A stretch of 64,000 nucleotides of DNA from Minisyncoccota bacterium (GCA_035546575.1 DASZWN010000001.1:212875-276874); one strand, 5' to 3'; counted from the stretch's first letter, positions 28,448 to 38,483 are shown. Notes: a model not told the origin generated them from the sequence alone. Program-made: numbers and translations.

Positions 28448-28995
28448 TGGACTTGCTAAAGAAGACCGGCACACATAGTGATAATCGAAGGAATGACAAC
28501 GCGGACAAGAAACAGCTTTTCCCCAAGGAAAAGCATCCGCATACTGCGAGCTACCATAAAGAACAGTGGGCTTTTATCTCTGACACCGGCTTGCGTGAGA
28601 ATATTGCTTACCAGATGCAGTACCTGGAGTTTTTAATTAACCTCTACAATGACTATCAGCTCTATCTCACACTCGAGTCTCTGCTATGCAAAGACATACT
28701 CGCCACAGTGGGCGGGGTAGTGGAGGCAGCACTTTTTGACATGCTCCAAGATGCCAAGACAAAAGCCGGTATGCCGATGGGTACAAGGACTGACTTCACC
28801 GCCCTCCTAGGGGAGGCGTATCACAGCTTTAACTTTATAGACAAAGATATGTGGCACTACTTCCACGAGCTGCGCAAAGTCCGCAATTACGTACACCTAA
28901 AAGCCGCTGATTTCCAAGAGCATACGGCCTATACAGTGGAAGAGGCCAACGAAGCCATAAAAAAGCTCGAACAGTTTCGGCAGCAATTTGTGTAG
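28447..28995 (+). CDS. HEPN-like helical protein (putative RNase)
   Basis: N-terminal G.VVEA.L helix and C-terminal LRKVRNYVH motif; start overlaps the DUF4268 stop (TAATG). Confidence 0.55.
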   Translation: MDLLKKTGTHSDNRRNDNADKKQLFPKEKHPHTASYHKEQWAFISDTGLRENIAYQMQYLEFLINLYNDYQLYLTLESLLCKDILATVGGVVEAALFDMLQDAKTKAGMPMGTRTDFTALLGEAYHSFNFIDKDMWHYFHELRKVRNYVHLKAADFQEHTAYTVEEANEAIKKLEQFRQQFV

Positions 28996-29067
28996 CGAAA
29001 AAACTCTGCCGGTGCTAGGCTAAATTCAAATTCCAAGCGTCCCATCCGATTTCCAAGTTTGAACCAT

Positions 29068-30690
29068 ATGAAAATCTCTAGAATAAAAGTAAAAAACTTT
29101 CGCTCTGTTAAGGAGGTAGAGATTACACCTTCGGACTTCAATGTTTTTGTTGGACAAAACAACCACGGTAAGACGAACTTCTTTGAGGCGTTAAACTGGT
29201 TTTTTAAAGGCCCCACCAAGGGCGAGGGACTTGATGTCATTCGCTATCGCGGTGCCAGTGAAGACGACGAAGTGATGGTTGAGGTTGAATTTTCCGGTGC
29301 ACAAGAGGGAGCACAGAAGATGAAGAATGAAGCGAACAAGACAAAAATCCTGGGCGTTGTCGGTGAAAGCGACACTATAACCGTGGTGCGTAGCAGTGCC
29401 ACAGATGCAAAAAAGCGGGTACTCTTAATCAATGGAGATGTGAAGAAAAATCCCACTGGATTTGATACTGCGCTCAATGATTTCTTGCCGTCATTTGAGT
29501 ACGTTAGTACACTGGCTAGTCCGCTTGACACCGTCAAGTACAAATCCAACACACCGATAGCGAACATGCTTTCGGGAGTACTATCGGCCATTCTTGAGCA
29601 AGACGAGAAATATGCTGAGTTCAAGAAGAAGTTTGATGAACTTTTTACCGATCCGGGTTCACGCGTCCACGTTGAACTCAATAAACTTAGTGGCGAAGTA
29701 AAGGCGTACCTTGTAAAACAGTTTCCTGACTGCGAAAAAGTGGTGTTCAGCGTTACAGCCCCTCTGTTTGAAGACCTCCTCAAGAGCTTTGACGCTGAGA
29801 TAGATGATGGCGTTTACACAACTGCGAGTGAAAAAGGAGACGGTATGCAGCGCGCGTTAATGCTCGCTATCATACAAACGTATGCCGATTTCCGACGCGA
29901 GCACGAAGAAACCAGCAAATACTTCCTTTTCTTCATTGACGAGGGAGAGCTTCATTTGCACCCGACGGCTCAAAGAAAACTCAAAAACGCCCTGTTTGAT
30001 CTTGCTCAGGGAGGTGATCAAATATTTCTCAATACCCATTCCTCCGTGCTTGTCTCTGAGGAAGCCGAGGGCCAGACAATTTATAAGGTGGAAAAAATGG
30101 ATAAACAGACGAGCATTATGCCCATCAAGACAGAAGAAAAGCCAAGTGTGGTGTACGAATTACTTGGCGGTAGCCCGGCAGATCTACTATTGCCGAGCAA
30201 CTTTCTAATCGTGGAGGGTAAAAGTGAGTATGAGTTTATTTCCCGTGTTACGTCACGTTTTTATAGCGGTCAAAAGCAAATACAGGTTATTTACGCGGAG
30301 GGCGACCACGGACGCCAGCGCGAATCAATGGACAGTATCAATAAGGCTTTTGTACCTCTTCATGCCAGTCCTGTCTACAAAGAACGGCTGGTGATCCTGT
30401 GCGATACACCGAACCGCACACGCACAGCTGACTTCGACGCCTTCAAGAGGGCATACAGCTATCTAGAGACGAACGAACAACTTTTTGTCATCCCCAATGA
30501 GCGTCTCGAAGAATACTATCCGGCGCCCTGGAAGAAGACTGTAGCGGAGAGCCAAGCCATGAACGGAGAAAAGAACAGGAAGCTTGATCTTGCCCGAGAA
30601 GTAGGAAGCAGCATCACAAAAGAGCAGTTTGAATCCGAAATGAGCATTATTTATGGTGCTCTTAAAGCATGTTGGAATAAGGCGTATTAA
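29068..30690 (+). CDS. OLD-family ATP-dependent endonuclease (ABC-ATPase + TOPRIM)
   Basis: KNFRS, Walker A GQNNHGKT, GDGMQR, IDEGELHLHP, NTHS, TOPRIM IVEGKSE. Confidence 0.85.
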   Translation: MKISRIKVKNFRSVKEVEITPSDFNVFVGQNNHGKTNFFEALNWFFKGPTKGEGLDVIRYRGASEDDEVMVEVEFSGAQEGAQKMKNEANKTKILGVVGESDTITVVRSSATDAKKRVLLINGDVKKNPTGFDTALNDFLPSFEYVSTLASPLDTVKYKSNTPIANMLSGVLSAILEQDEKYAEFKKKFDELFTDPGSRVHVELNKLSGEVKAYLVKQFPDCEKVVFSVTAPLFEDLLKSFDAEIDDGVYTTASEKGDGMQRALMLAIIQTYADFRREHEETSKYFLFFIDEGELHLHPTAQRKLKNALFDLAQGGDQIFLNTHSSVLVSEEAEGQTIYKVEKMDKQTSIMPIKTEEKPSVVYELLGGSPADLLLPSNFLIVEGKSEYEFISRVTSRFYSGQKQIQVIYAEGDHGRQRESMDSINKAFVPLHASPVYKERLVILCDTPNRTRTADFDAFKRAYSYLETNEQLFVIPNERLEEYYPAPWKKTVAESQAMNGEKNRKLDLAREVGSSITKEQFESEMSIIYGALKACWNKAY

Positions 30691-30695
30691 AGGTC

Positions 30696-31964
30696 ATGGA
30701 TAAGAAAAAACTTAAAAAAATATTGAATGAAACAAAAGCCTGGTCAAATCAGTCTGACAGTCTTGTCGCTGTTCAAAAAACAGGAGGTGGATTAGAGAAG
30801 GATGTCCAAACAGCATTGGGTTGGAAAGGAGGTCGTGTCGTCTACGACCGTGTTAGAGGTTATAAAGTGCAAGTGGATGCAGCCTACCCAGACGTAAGTA
30901 GGCCTGAGGTGGTTGTATCTGTTACCTACACTGATCCGGACTTACGAGGTCATAGCAATGAAAATAAATTGCATCTGAAAGTGGGAGAGCTTGCCTTACT
31001 AAAATTTGCGCACCCTCATATAAAAGTCATTTTAGTTCTTGGAGGCTCTCAAGAGGCTTGGCTTGCCTATGTACTTAAGGCATTTGAATATTTTTTCGAC
31101 GAAGTAATTTGTCTATGGAGCGAGAACGGATTAGCTCGTCTAGCGGTTATTAAAGAAAATCACAAATCGGTAAAATTGAAACACGTCGATTTTTGGGAAC
31201 AGCTCAATATTGAATGGGGGAAAATTAAATTCTACACAGAAGCAGATTTTGTTATTCCCCACAGTCTCTTTCGATACAAGACGCTTGATGACTTTAGGAG
31301 CCAAAAACCAAAAGTTTTCCATCCTTCGTTAATAAAAAATGAAGTAGCCCGTCTATGTATGCAGAGGTCGAAAGATTATAGCGGTACCGAATGGGATTCA
31401 TACATCCAAGACCGATGGCATAACATTGAAATGTCGCGAAATTACTTTAACCCAATGGAGGCGTTGATAGAGATTTTGCTTACAGATTCCAAGTTAAAAT
31501 TTGAAGGAGGTGTGGCGCGAGATATTCCAGTTCCATCGTTTCTACACCAGCTTGGAATGAAGGGGACTCGTGTCTCGGAAGATTTTGTCCTTTTTTCCAA
31601 GAAGCTCAACAAGAAAGTTTATATTCAATGTAAATCATCTGGTGGCGGAAGAGAGCAACACGGTAAAAACATTCAAAATCGCACAAAAGAACAAATTACA
31701 CGTAGTATTCTATACAGAAGTTCGGTCAAAGAAGGAAAAATGTACCTAGAAGATAAGAATTTCTATTGGATTTCTATTTTAGATGGCAATTGGTCGATTA
31801 ACGGTAGGGAGCCTTTTAAATATATCCACATGTTGCAGATTGCTGGATACGACAAGATATACGGAGTCCAAGACTTAATCCTTGAGGATGGCTTGACTCC
31901 AAAAACAAAGAATAATCCCTTACTCGATCATCTAATAAATGATCTCGATTGTGAGTTAATTTAA
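30696..31964 (+). CDS. Putative type II restriction endonuclease (two nuclease-like domains)
   Basis: Convergent with a DNA MTase; VQVD..VSVT..NENK and SEDF..IQCK..GKNIQNRTKE segments; AT-rich. Confidence 0.65.
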   Translation: MDKKKLKKILNETKAWSNQSDSLVAVQKTGGGLEKDVQTALGWKGGRVVYDRVRGYKVQVDAAYPDVSRPEVVVSVTYTDPDLRGHSNENKLHLKVGELALLKFAHPHIKVILVLGGSQEAWLAYVLKAFEYFFDEVICLWSENGLARLAVIKENHKSVKLKHVDFWEQLNIEWGKIKFYTEADFVIPHSLFRYKTLDDFRSQKPKVFHPSLIKNEVARLCMQRSKDYSGTEWDSYIQDRWHNIEMSRNYFNPMEALIEILLTDSKLKFEGGVARDIPVPSFLHQLGMKGTRVSEDFVLFSKKLNKKVYIQCKSSGGGREQHGKNIQNRTKEQITRSILYRSSVKEGKMYLEDKNFYWISILDGNWSINGREPFKYIHMLQIAGYDKIYGVQDLILEDGLTPKTKNNPLLDHLINDLDCELI

Positions 31965-34900
31965 GGTTTGCGAAATATTACGATAGACTCTCTGACTGGA
32001 ATTTTACCAAACTGCTTCATCTGTTGAGGACTATTTCCTTTCATTCTGGTAACGAATATTTTTTCTGCTTTGAATCCTACTTTTTCTGCAAGAAGAAGAA
32101 GTAAATGGTCAACAGGTACTACCACGCCGCCCCAGCGAGAGTTTCCGACCACAAAGGCTGCCTTCCCTCCCTTACGCATAACATCAAATATGTTTTTCAG
32201 GTTTTCCTCAAGGTCGGCAAAATAACCCGCAATCATTTGAGGTATTTTACTGTTGTTGCCATCAGTTAGTTCCATAGCAGAGATAAGCTTCTGTACTTCG
32301 GGTATAGACTCTGAAATATCGAGATCTAGGTCGCTATCCGTGTGAGATCTGAAAGTTGATCTAACAAGTGTCTTATATTCTTGTTGGCTTTTTACAAGCG
32401 ATAGTAAAGATAGCTCCGCTTTTTGTTGAGCTATATAGTTGTTTCTATTTAAATACGGAGGTGAGGTTATAACAAAGTCAATTGAATTTTTCTTAAGTTT
32501 GAATTTCTTCGCGTCTCCCAAGAATATTTGATGGCGGGAGTCGTTTCTCTTGGATTCTTTTGTCACAATTTCTATATCCTCAAGCATTTTGTTAATTTGC
32601 ACCTTAAATAACGGTAATATATCTGATCCAGGATTTACAATTTTTATATTTAATTTTTGGAGTCCTATACTATCTGGATTAAGCATGTAACGATAGTGCG
32701 ATCCATGTTTTCTAATTTGACTCACATCCTCCAATATTCCAATTAATCCCAAAAGAAGGAGATCCTGTTCCTGTCCTGAGAGAGCAGAATTGCTAATTTG
32801 ATCTTTAATTTGCTTGACTTGATTCCAGATCTGAAAAGAAAATGCCTTACTTAGGAACTCAGGGAAAAGATCTTCCTTTTTAGATTCTCTGCTTTCTACG
32901 TCTAAATTAGATAAGAACCCGTTTATTTTTTTGAAATTTTTTATATCCAAGGAAGATATTTTAATCTTGCTAACCCATATCATTAGCGGGGATATGTCAA
33001 AAGATATTGTATTAATATTTCTTTTTTTGCCTGTGAGTATGGTAGTTCCTGAACCTACAAAAGGATCAAGTATCGTAGCGTTTCTTTTTTTGTTTACGTT
33101 CAAGTGCTCTATAAGAAAATTTACCAATGGCTCAGAATAGCCTTGAGTGAAAGGAAACCACCGATGCACGGGTAGCTTTTTGTTTATTTGAAAAGTAACA
33201 GATCTGCGTAACTCCGGTTTATCTTCCTGCAGTTTTTGGTACTTCTTTATATCGATAGGGACAAATTTCTCTAGAGATGTTTTCTCACTTCCATACCTTT
33301 TTTCTTTTAAATTATTCTTAGTTGGTAAGGACTTTCTGTGAGAATTTGCAATATCATCTCTAATAAATTGATATTCTGTTGGGGAAAGTTTAAAGACTGA
33401 AGCCACAACATGGTCGAGCTTATCCCAACTCTTTTGATTTTCTGGATTTTTATATAGATCGGTAGTTATTTTTTGAGCTAAATTCCTTTGCTCACGATCA
33501 AACTGGGGCAGTCGAATTGATTGCAGATGATGTTTTAAGAGTCTAAACCAGCCACTATGGAGTTGTGTTCCGTTGTGTCGAAGTGCAAACTCCATTACTG
33601 GAGTGCTAAGTACTGCGCTCCAGAATTTTAGATCTGTTTCGCTCATTGCCCTATTGACCAAGGCGTAGCCGGAACCGATCGCAGTGTCTCCGGTTATGTC
33701 TGCCGCAAATTGAGAAGAAGGCATCATTTCTTTCACTAAGATTTTTGGTGTCTGAGGTAAATGTAAATTTTGGACTCGGCTAAACGCATACCAAGAGGCA
33801 TTTTTATCAAGATTCCTACCAGAGAGTAATTGCTTGTTAGATAATAAATATGCGTATATATTCGGAGCCATTTTTTTCAGGGTATTTTCTTCTATAACCT
33901 TAACTTTGCCCGTAGAAGAGATTTCATACGGATAAATTAACTTGTATTGTTCCCTTGAAATAAAGAGTCTTTTTATCTCCTCTCCTCCAACAAACGGCCT
34001 CAAAAGGTCTTGCTCTAAGTCTGTTTCGGCGTCTTTTTTCAACACAAAAACATCATTTTGGCCCGTGCGGAGACCTTGAAGAATGTTGGGGAATAAATGG
34101 CTAATTAAAGGAAGATTGGGGTTATTTATCTTTTGAATAATACTTTGAGCTTGATCGGTCGCTAAATTCCACGGAAACTTCTCTAAGATGTTAGTGTTTA
34201 AACTGAAAGTTTTGGATTTGTTTAGGTCGTTAGCAGATGTGATTCCTGTTGGAAAGTGGGTAACTGTAAACTTTTTTGCTGCCGGAAGCTTCGTAAAGGT
34301 AAGAACTGTGGTATAGGTTGTATGGTCTGGAAAGACTTGAGAATCTTTGAAGTCAATAATATTGAGTATTCTCACATCTTTTGCCAGTCGGGCGCATATA
34401 GCCTTTCCATATTCAGAATGCATGAATTTACTTGTGGTGATGTAACAACCAATTCCTCCATCAGTGAGACTTCTTATGGCATGTTCAATAAAAATTATAG
34501 ACAGGTCAAAATTCCCTGACGTTATATCCGGATACTTTTCCTTTATTAATCCGACGTAATTTTCTGATAGGTTCTGAGACCTAACATAGGGCGGATTTCC
34601 AATCAATATGTCGAACTTCTCGTTTTCGGATTCAGAGGAAAACAAAGACTCTTTTTGCAAAGAAAGCAGAGAATCAGAGTGTTGAATTTTAGCCTCCAGC
34701 TTAAGCGCATCATTCAATATTTTTGCAAACCTTGTCGATGTTTTGTCCACGTCATTTCCATGAAGAGATACGTCTTTACCAAAGAAGTCTCTTGCACTGG
34801 AAAGAAAAACTCCAGTACCACAAGCAATGTCTCCAACTTTCTGGACTTTTCGTCCTGTTCTGTGCAATTTATTCCAATGTTGCCACGCTGTTTGAGTAAC

Positions 34901-35152
34901 TTTGTCTGCCAGCCATTTTGGTGTGAATACTGCACCGGAATTTTTCTGTTCCTCACTAGACAACATTGATGTTCTCAGTGAAGCAAGGGCGTCTTCAATA
35001 CCGTGTATACTTATTAATTCTGAAAAGTTATTCAGATCTTGTTTGGATAGATCTTGTATTTCTCTTAACAGTCGAGGAGAAAGGCTCATCCCCTCTATAT
35101 TCGTTCGAGAGCTTTTAGGTCGATGGGGGAGGGTAGGAACGGATTTACTCAT
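31961..35152 (-). CDS. Fused double DNA methyltransferase (m6A gamma-type + m4C-type)
   Basis: N-half GAVFTP, DIACGTG, GNPPY plus TRD; C-half HRWF, DPFVGSGTT, TSPPY. Start ATG 35152 with TATAAT 6 nt upstream. Confidence 0.9.
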   Translation of the reverse strand: MSKSVPTLPHRPKSSRTNIEGMSLSPRLLREIQDLSKQDLNNFSELISIHGIEDALASLRTSMLSSEEQKNSGAVFTPKWLADKVTQTAWQHWNKLHRTGRKVQKVGDIACGTGVFLSSARDFFGKDVSLHGNDVDKTSTRFAKILNDALKLEAKIQHSDSLLSLQKESLFSSESENEKFDILIGNPPYVRSQNLSENYVGLIKEKYPDITSGNFDLSIIFIEHAIRSLTDGGIGCYITTSKFMHSEYGKAICARLAKDVRILNIIDFKDSQVFPDHTTYTTVLTFTKLPAAKKFTVTHFPTGITSANDLNKSKTFSLNTNILEKFPWNLATDQAQSIIQKINNPNLPLISHLFPNILQGLRTGQNDVFVLKKDAETDLEQDLLRPFVGGEEIKRLFISREQYKLIYPYEISSTGKVKVIEENTLKKMAPNIYAYLLSNKQLLSGRNLDKNASWYAFSRVQNLHLPQTPKILVKEMMPSSQFAADITGDTAIGSGYALVNRAMSETDLKFWSAVLSTPVMEFALRHNGTQLHSGWFRLLKHHLQSIRLPQFDREQRNLAQKITTDLYKNPENQKSWDKLDHVVASVFKLSPTEYQFIRDDIANSHRKSLPTKNNLKEKRYGSEKTSLEKFVPIDIKKYQKLQEDKPELRRSVTFQINKKLPVHRWFPFTQGYSEPLVNFLIEHLNVNKKRNATILDPFVGSGTTILTGKKRNINTISFDISPLMIWVSKIKISSLDIKNFKKINGFLSNLDVESRESKKEDLFPEFLSKAFSFQIWNQVKQIKDQISNSALSGQEQDLLLLGLIGILEDVSQIRKHGSHYRYMLNPDSIGLQKLNIKIVNPGSDILPLFKVQINKMLEDIEIVTKESKRNDSRHQIFLGDAKKFKLKKNSIDFVITSPPYLNRNNYIAQQKAELSLLSLVKSQQEYKTLVRSTFRSHTDSDLDLDISESIPEVQKLISAMELTDGNNSKIPQMIAGYFADLEENLKNIFDVMRKGGKAAFVVGNSRWGGVVVPVDHLLLLLAEKVGFKAEKIFVTRMKGNSPQQMKQFGKIPVRESIVIFRKP

Positions 35153-35381
35153 AGGCAAATTATACTACCTCTACCACGTTCGTGGGAACACGAAACTGTG
35201 GACATACTTAATTACTTGCTTTAGGATGAGAGGCGCATTGAACCGTCTCGGATTCTCTTTATGTATCTCCCTAAGCTTTTCGATTTCTGGTCCAATTATC
35301 GCAAACACCGTTTCAAACGAGGGGGAGATTAATCCTGCCTTAAGTCCAAGTCTGGACTTCTAAATTTGCTATACTAGTGGT

Positions 35382-35861
35382 ATGGCCATACACCCCGAAG
35401 TGCAGATCGGGCATGTGCACCTGACCGTCGGGGATCTGGAGCGGTCCCTCGCTTTTTATAGGGATCTTCTGGGATTTGAGGTTACGGCACGATACGGCGA
35501 TTCAGCCGTTTTTTTGTCCGCGGGAGGCTATCATCATCACATTGCGCTCAATACCTGGGCGGGGAAGGGCGCTACACCTCCGCCACCCGGGCACACCGGG
35601 CTCTATCACCACGCTATTTTGTATCCCTCGCGCAAGGAACTCGCAAAAGTTTTTAAACGGCTCGTTGATGCGGGCTACCCTATAACCGGCGCTGCGGACC
35701 ACGGAGTGTCAGAAGCAATTTATTTAAACGACCCGGACATGATAGGGGTGGAGCTGTATGCCGACAGGCCCCGTAAAGAGTGGAAGGTAAAGAACGACGG
35801 CCAGGTGGAGATGATCACCGAGCCGCTCGACCTCGACGCGCTTTTAGTCGAGGCTGAGTAG
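35382..35861 (+). CDS. VOC/glyoxalase family protein (CatE-like)
   Basis: IGHVHL.V.DLERS..FY, GGYHHHIALNTW, GLYH.A, DHGVSEAIYL.DPD..GVELY.D. Confidence 0.9.
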   Translation: MAIHPEVQIGHVHLTVGDLERSLAFYRDLLGFEVTARYGDSAVFLSAGGYHHHIALNTWAGKGATPPPPGHTGLYHHAILYPSRKELAKVFKRLVDAGYPITGAADHGVSEAIYLNDPDMIGVELYADRPRKEWKVKNDGQVEMITEPLDLDALLVEAE

Positions 35862-35897
35862 GCAACTTTTCAGGGCTGATGTAGTTTTAAAAGACTT

Positions 35898-36686
35898 ATG
35901 AAAGCCCTTCGCAGTTTTGCTATCGAGTTTTTGGTTTTTGGGCTCAAGGAGGCCCAGGCCTGCATTTTTGCCGGCTCATTTTTTGCTATCCTTTTTCTCT
36001 CTAACCACATCCCGCTCTTTGGGCTGGCACGGTACGACTTTATATTCTTGGCGGCTGTCGCTATCCAGGCAGTGATGTACTTCACGAAGCTGGAGACAAA
36101 AGACGAGGTAAAGGTAATTTTTATGTTCCATATTATCGGCCTCGTGCTCGAGCTCTACAAAACAAGCGCGTTTGTGGGCTCGTGGAGCTACCCGGAAGAC
36201 GGCTTGTTTAAAATTGCGCAGGTGCCGCTGTACAGCGGCTTTATGTACGCGGCGGTGGGGAGCTACTTGGCCCAGGCGTGGAAGATACTGAAGGTTGAGA
36301 TGGAAGGCTACCGCAACTACAAGCTTATGATCGCGCTATGCGCGCTTATCTACCTGAACTTTTTTACCAACCACTTTATATACGATTTCCGCTGGTTTCT
36401 TATATTGGCAGTGTTCAGTATTTTCTGGCGTACAAAAATACACTTCACCGTCCTGCACCACGTGCGCACGATAAGCCTCAATCTCTCGTTTTTGCTGATA
36501 GCGTTTTTTATCTGGGTCGCGGAGAATATCTCCACCTACCTGGGCGCGTGGCAGTACCCAAACCAAGTGCACGTGTGGAGCATTGTCTCGACCCAAAAGA
36601 TAACCTCGTGGTTTCTGCTCGTGATAATCAGCTTTATCCTGGTGGCCTACCTTAAGCACTATAAAAAGGATGTATTAAAAGCCTAA
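35898..36686 (+). CDS. DUF817 family membrane protein
   Basis: FGLKEA.ACIF, RYD, KLET.DE.KVI..FH..G..LEL.K, VPLYSGFMYAAVGSY, ENI.T. Confidence 0.88.
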   Translation: MKALRSFAIEFLVFGLKEAQACIFAGSFFAILFLSNHIPLFGLARYDFIFLAAVAIQAVMYFTKLETKDEVKVIFMFHIIGLVLELYKTSAFVGSWSYPEDGLFKIAQVPLYSGFMYAAVGSYLAQAWKILKVEMEGYRNYKLMIALCALIYLNFFTNHFIYDFRWFLILAVFSIFWRTKIHFTVLHHVRTISLNLSFLLIAFFIWVAENISTYLGAWQYPNQVHVWSIVSTQKITSWFLLVIISFILVAYLKHYKKDVLKA

Positions 36687-36716
36687 ACAAAAAAGCCCCT
36701 CGCGGGGCTTTTTGTT
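36686..36716. terminator. Bidirectional terminator
   Basis: AACAAAAAAGCCCC-tcgc-GGGGCTTTTTGTT between convergent genes. Confidence 0.8.
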
Positions 36717-36870
36717 ATTTATTGCTGTCGCCGCCGATCTGGATATTGAGGCCGCCGCCGTCTTTTGGAGCGCCCGGGCCGTAGGTCTGGTACCACCATA
36801 CGCCGCCGCCCACCAGCAGGACCAAGATTACGATCAGGATAATAGTATTGATAGGACTCGTGTTGTTCAT
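36715..36870 (-). CDS. Small single-TM protein (51 aa)
   Basis: Manual translation MNNTSPINTIILIVILVLLVGGGVWWYQTYGPGAPKDGGGLNIQIGGDSNK. Confidence 0.7.
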   Translation of the reverse strand: MNNTSPINTIILIVILVLLVGGGVWWYQTYGPGAPKDGGGLNIQIGGDSNK

Positions 36871-36917
36871 TGTGTTACAGCCTTACTAATAAGGAGCACC
36901 TATGTATAATACACCTC

Positions 36918-37208
36918 ATGCATATAACAATACCGCACAAGATGTCGCAGGCGGCGGCCGTGGCACGCGTGACAAGAGCACTTAATGAGAACCGCGCACA
37001 AATAGCCCAACATGCCACTATTACTAAAGAGGAATGGGAGGGGAATACGCTCAGCTTTGTCGTATCGATACAGGGCAAAGAAATATCGGGTACACTCGAT
37101 GTCACTGAGGCCGATTACGTACTCGACGCCAAGCTGCCGTTGCTCTGGCGCATGTTCGAGGGCCGGATAGAGTCGCAAATAGCAGCAGAAATTAAAAAGA
37201 TGTCGTAA
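36918..37208 (+). CDS. Polyhydroxyalkanoic-acid-system (PHA_gran_rgn-like) family protein
   Basis: MHITIPH..A..R..W.G..LSF..G..ISG.LDV..LP.L...F.G.IE pattern; start ATG 36918. Confidence 0.7.
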   Translation: MHITIPHKMSQAAAVARVTRALNENRAQIAQHATITKEEWEGNTLSFVVSIQGKEISGTLDVTEADYVLDAKLPLLWRMFEGRIESQIAAEIKKMS

Positions 37209-37245
37209 CTCTGTACGCCCTCGGGCGTAGGAGTATACTTATAGT

Positions 37246-37563
37246 ATGTACACACAACACTTGCATGGGGCGGAGCATTTTATCAACGCTTCTGTTTGGG
37301 TGCCGGCGATACTGCTTGCCATAATGCCATTTATCCTCGTATTCGTACTCTGGACTATTGTCTGGAAGGGTCTCGCACTGTGGCATGCGGCGCGGCGCGG
37401 CGAATATTGGTGGTTTATGATCCTGCTTGTCGTGAACACGCTGGGGATCCTCGAGATTATCTATCTCTTCTTTGTCGCAAAAATCGGCTTCAACAACCTG
37501 TTCTCTAAAGACTCGCACGGTCATAGCGAGCACTCTCACGACCATCACGAGCACAATCACTAG
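37246..37563 (+). CDS. DUF5652 family membrane protein with His-rich tail
   Basis: W..VWKGLALWHAARR...WWF..LL.VNTLGILEIIY; C-terminal HGHSEHSHDHHEHNH. Confidence 0.85.
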   Translation: MYTQHLHGAEHFINASVWVPAILLAIMPFILVFVLWTIVWKGLALWHAARRGEYWWFMILLVVNTLGILEIIYLFFVAKIGFNNLFSKDSHGHSEHSHDHHEHNH

Positions 37564-37568
37564 TATTT

Positions 37569-38285
37569 ATGGACAGATCGTTTCTGGTTATTATCCTGCC
37601 ATTGCTTATTATCTGTGTAGCGGGAGCAGTATGGTTTTTTGGCTTTAGCGGCGACGGCACTACCACGCAGCCGGTACAGACCACCGATGCCTACAGTACT
37701 ACTACGCCGCCGGACTCCGGGCAGGGTGGCCTTCCGCAGCAACTTTCGCCAGAGGCTATACAACACACGCAGGACATCTCGGGTACTACTAATACACAAC
37801 AACATATGACACAAGCAACACTGCACACCAACAAAGGAGATATCGTGATCCAGTTTGACGCAACAAACGCGCCTAACACGGTTGCCAACTTTATTAAGCT
37901 TGCCTCAAGCGGATTCTACGACGGCACCAAGTTCCACCGCGTCATCAAGGGCTTTATGATCCAGGGCGGCGACCCTCTTTCCAAAGACGACAGCATGATG
38001 GCGCGCTGGGGGACCGGCGGCCCGGGCTACCAGTTTGCCGACGAGATTTCGGCCAACAACCACGACGTGACCGGCACCATTGCGATGGCGAACTCAGGAC
38101 CAAACACCAACGGCTCGCAATTCTTTATCAATGTTGCGGACAACAACTTTCTCGATACTAAGCATACGGTGTTTGGCCACGTGACCATGGGCATGGACGT
38201 GGTACACGCTATAGAAAACACTCAAACCGGAGCGAATGATCGCCCTATAGAGCCCATGGTTATTACGAGTATTGCGCTGCAGTAG
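37569..38285 (+). CDS. Cyclophilin-type peptidyl-prolyl isomerase, membrane-anchored
   Basis: APNTVANF, FYDGTKFHRVIKGFMIQGGDP, AMANSGPNTNGSQFFI, HTVFG. Confidence 0.95.
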   Translation: MDRSFLVIILPLLIICVAGAVWFFGFSGDGTTTQPVQTTDAYSTTTPPDSGQGGLPQQLSPEAIQHTQDISGTTNTQQHMTQATLHTNKGDIVIQFDATNAPNTVANFIKLASSGFYDGTKFHRVIKGFMIQGGDPLSKDDSMMARWGTGGPGYQFADEISANNHDVTGTIAMANSGPNTNGSQFFINVADNNFLDTKHTVFGHVTMGMDVVHAIENTQTGANDRPIEPMVITSIALQ

Positions 38286-38483
38286 CTACGCAGTCATTGG
38301 GACGACCTGGCGTACATCGTAGAGATCGGTCGGCATAATAGAGTAGCTACGCATGACACGCTCAGCGGTTTGCGGGTGCGCGCGCTTAACGTGGTTCCAC
38401 ATTACTATCTTGTTCATCAGCTCTTTTTGCGTAGAGCCCTGCGCTTGGTAGCTGCACTCGCTGCAATTGAGTATGACGTTCAT
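38286..38483 (-). CDS. Small putative metal-binding protein (DUF1059-like)
   Basis: CxxC..G.T..ELM..H....H pattern. Confidence 0.55.
   Translation of the reverse strand: MNVILNCSECSYQAQGSTQKELMNKIVMWNHVKRAHPQTAERVMRSYSIMPTDLYDVRQVVPMTA

Noticed and set aside
35167-35360. Stop-free 62-codon stretch on the minus strand upstream of the MTase (possible controller protein)
   Set aside because: No start codon near its 5' end and no HTH pattern; at most a gene remnant at the island edge.
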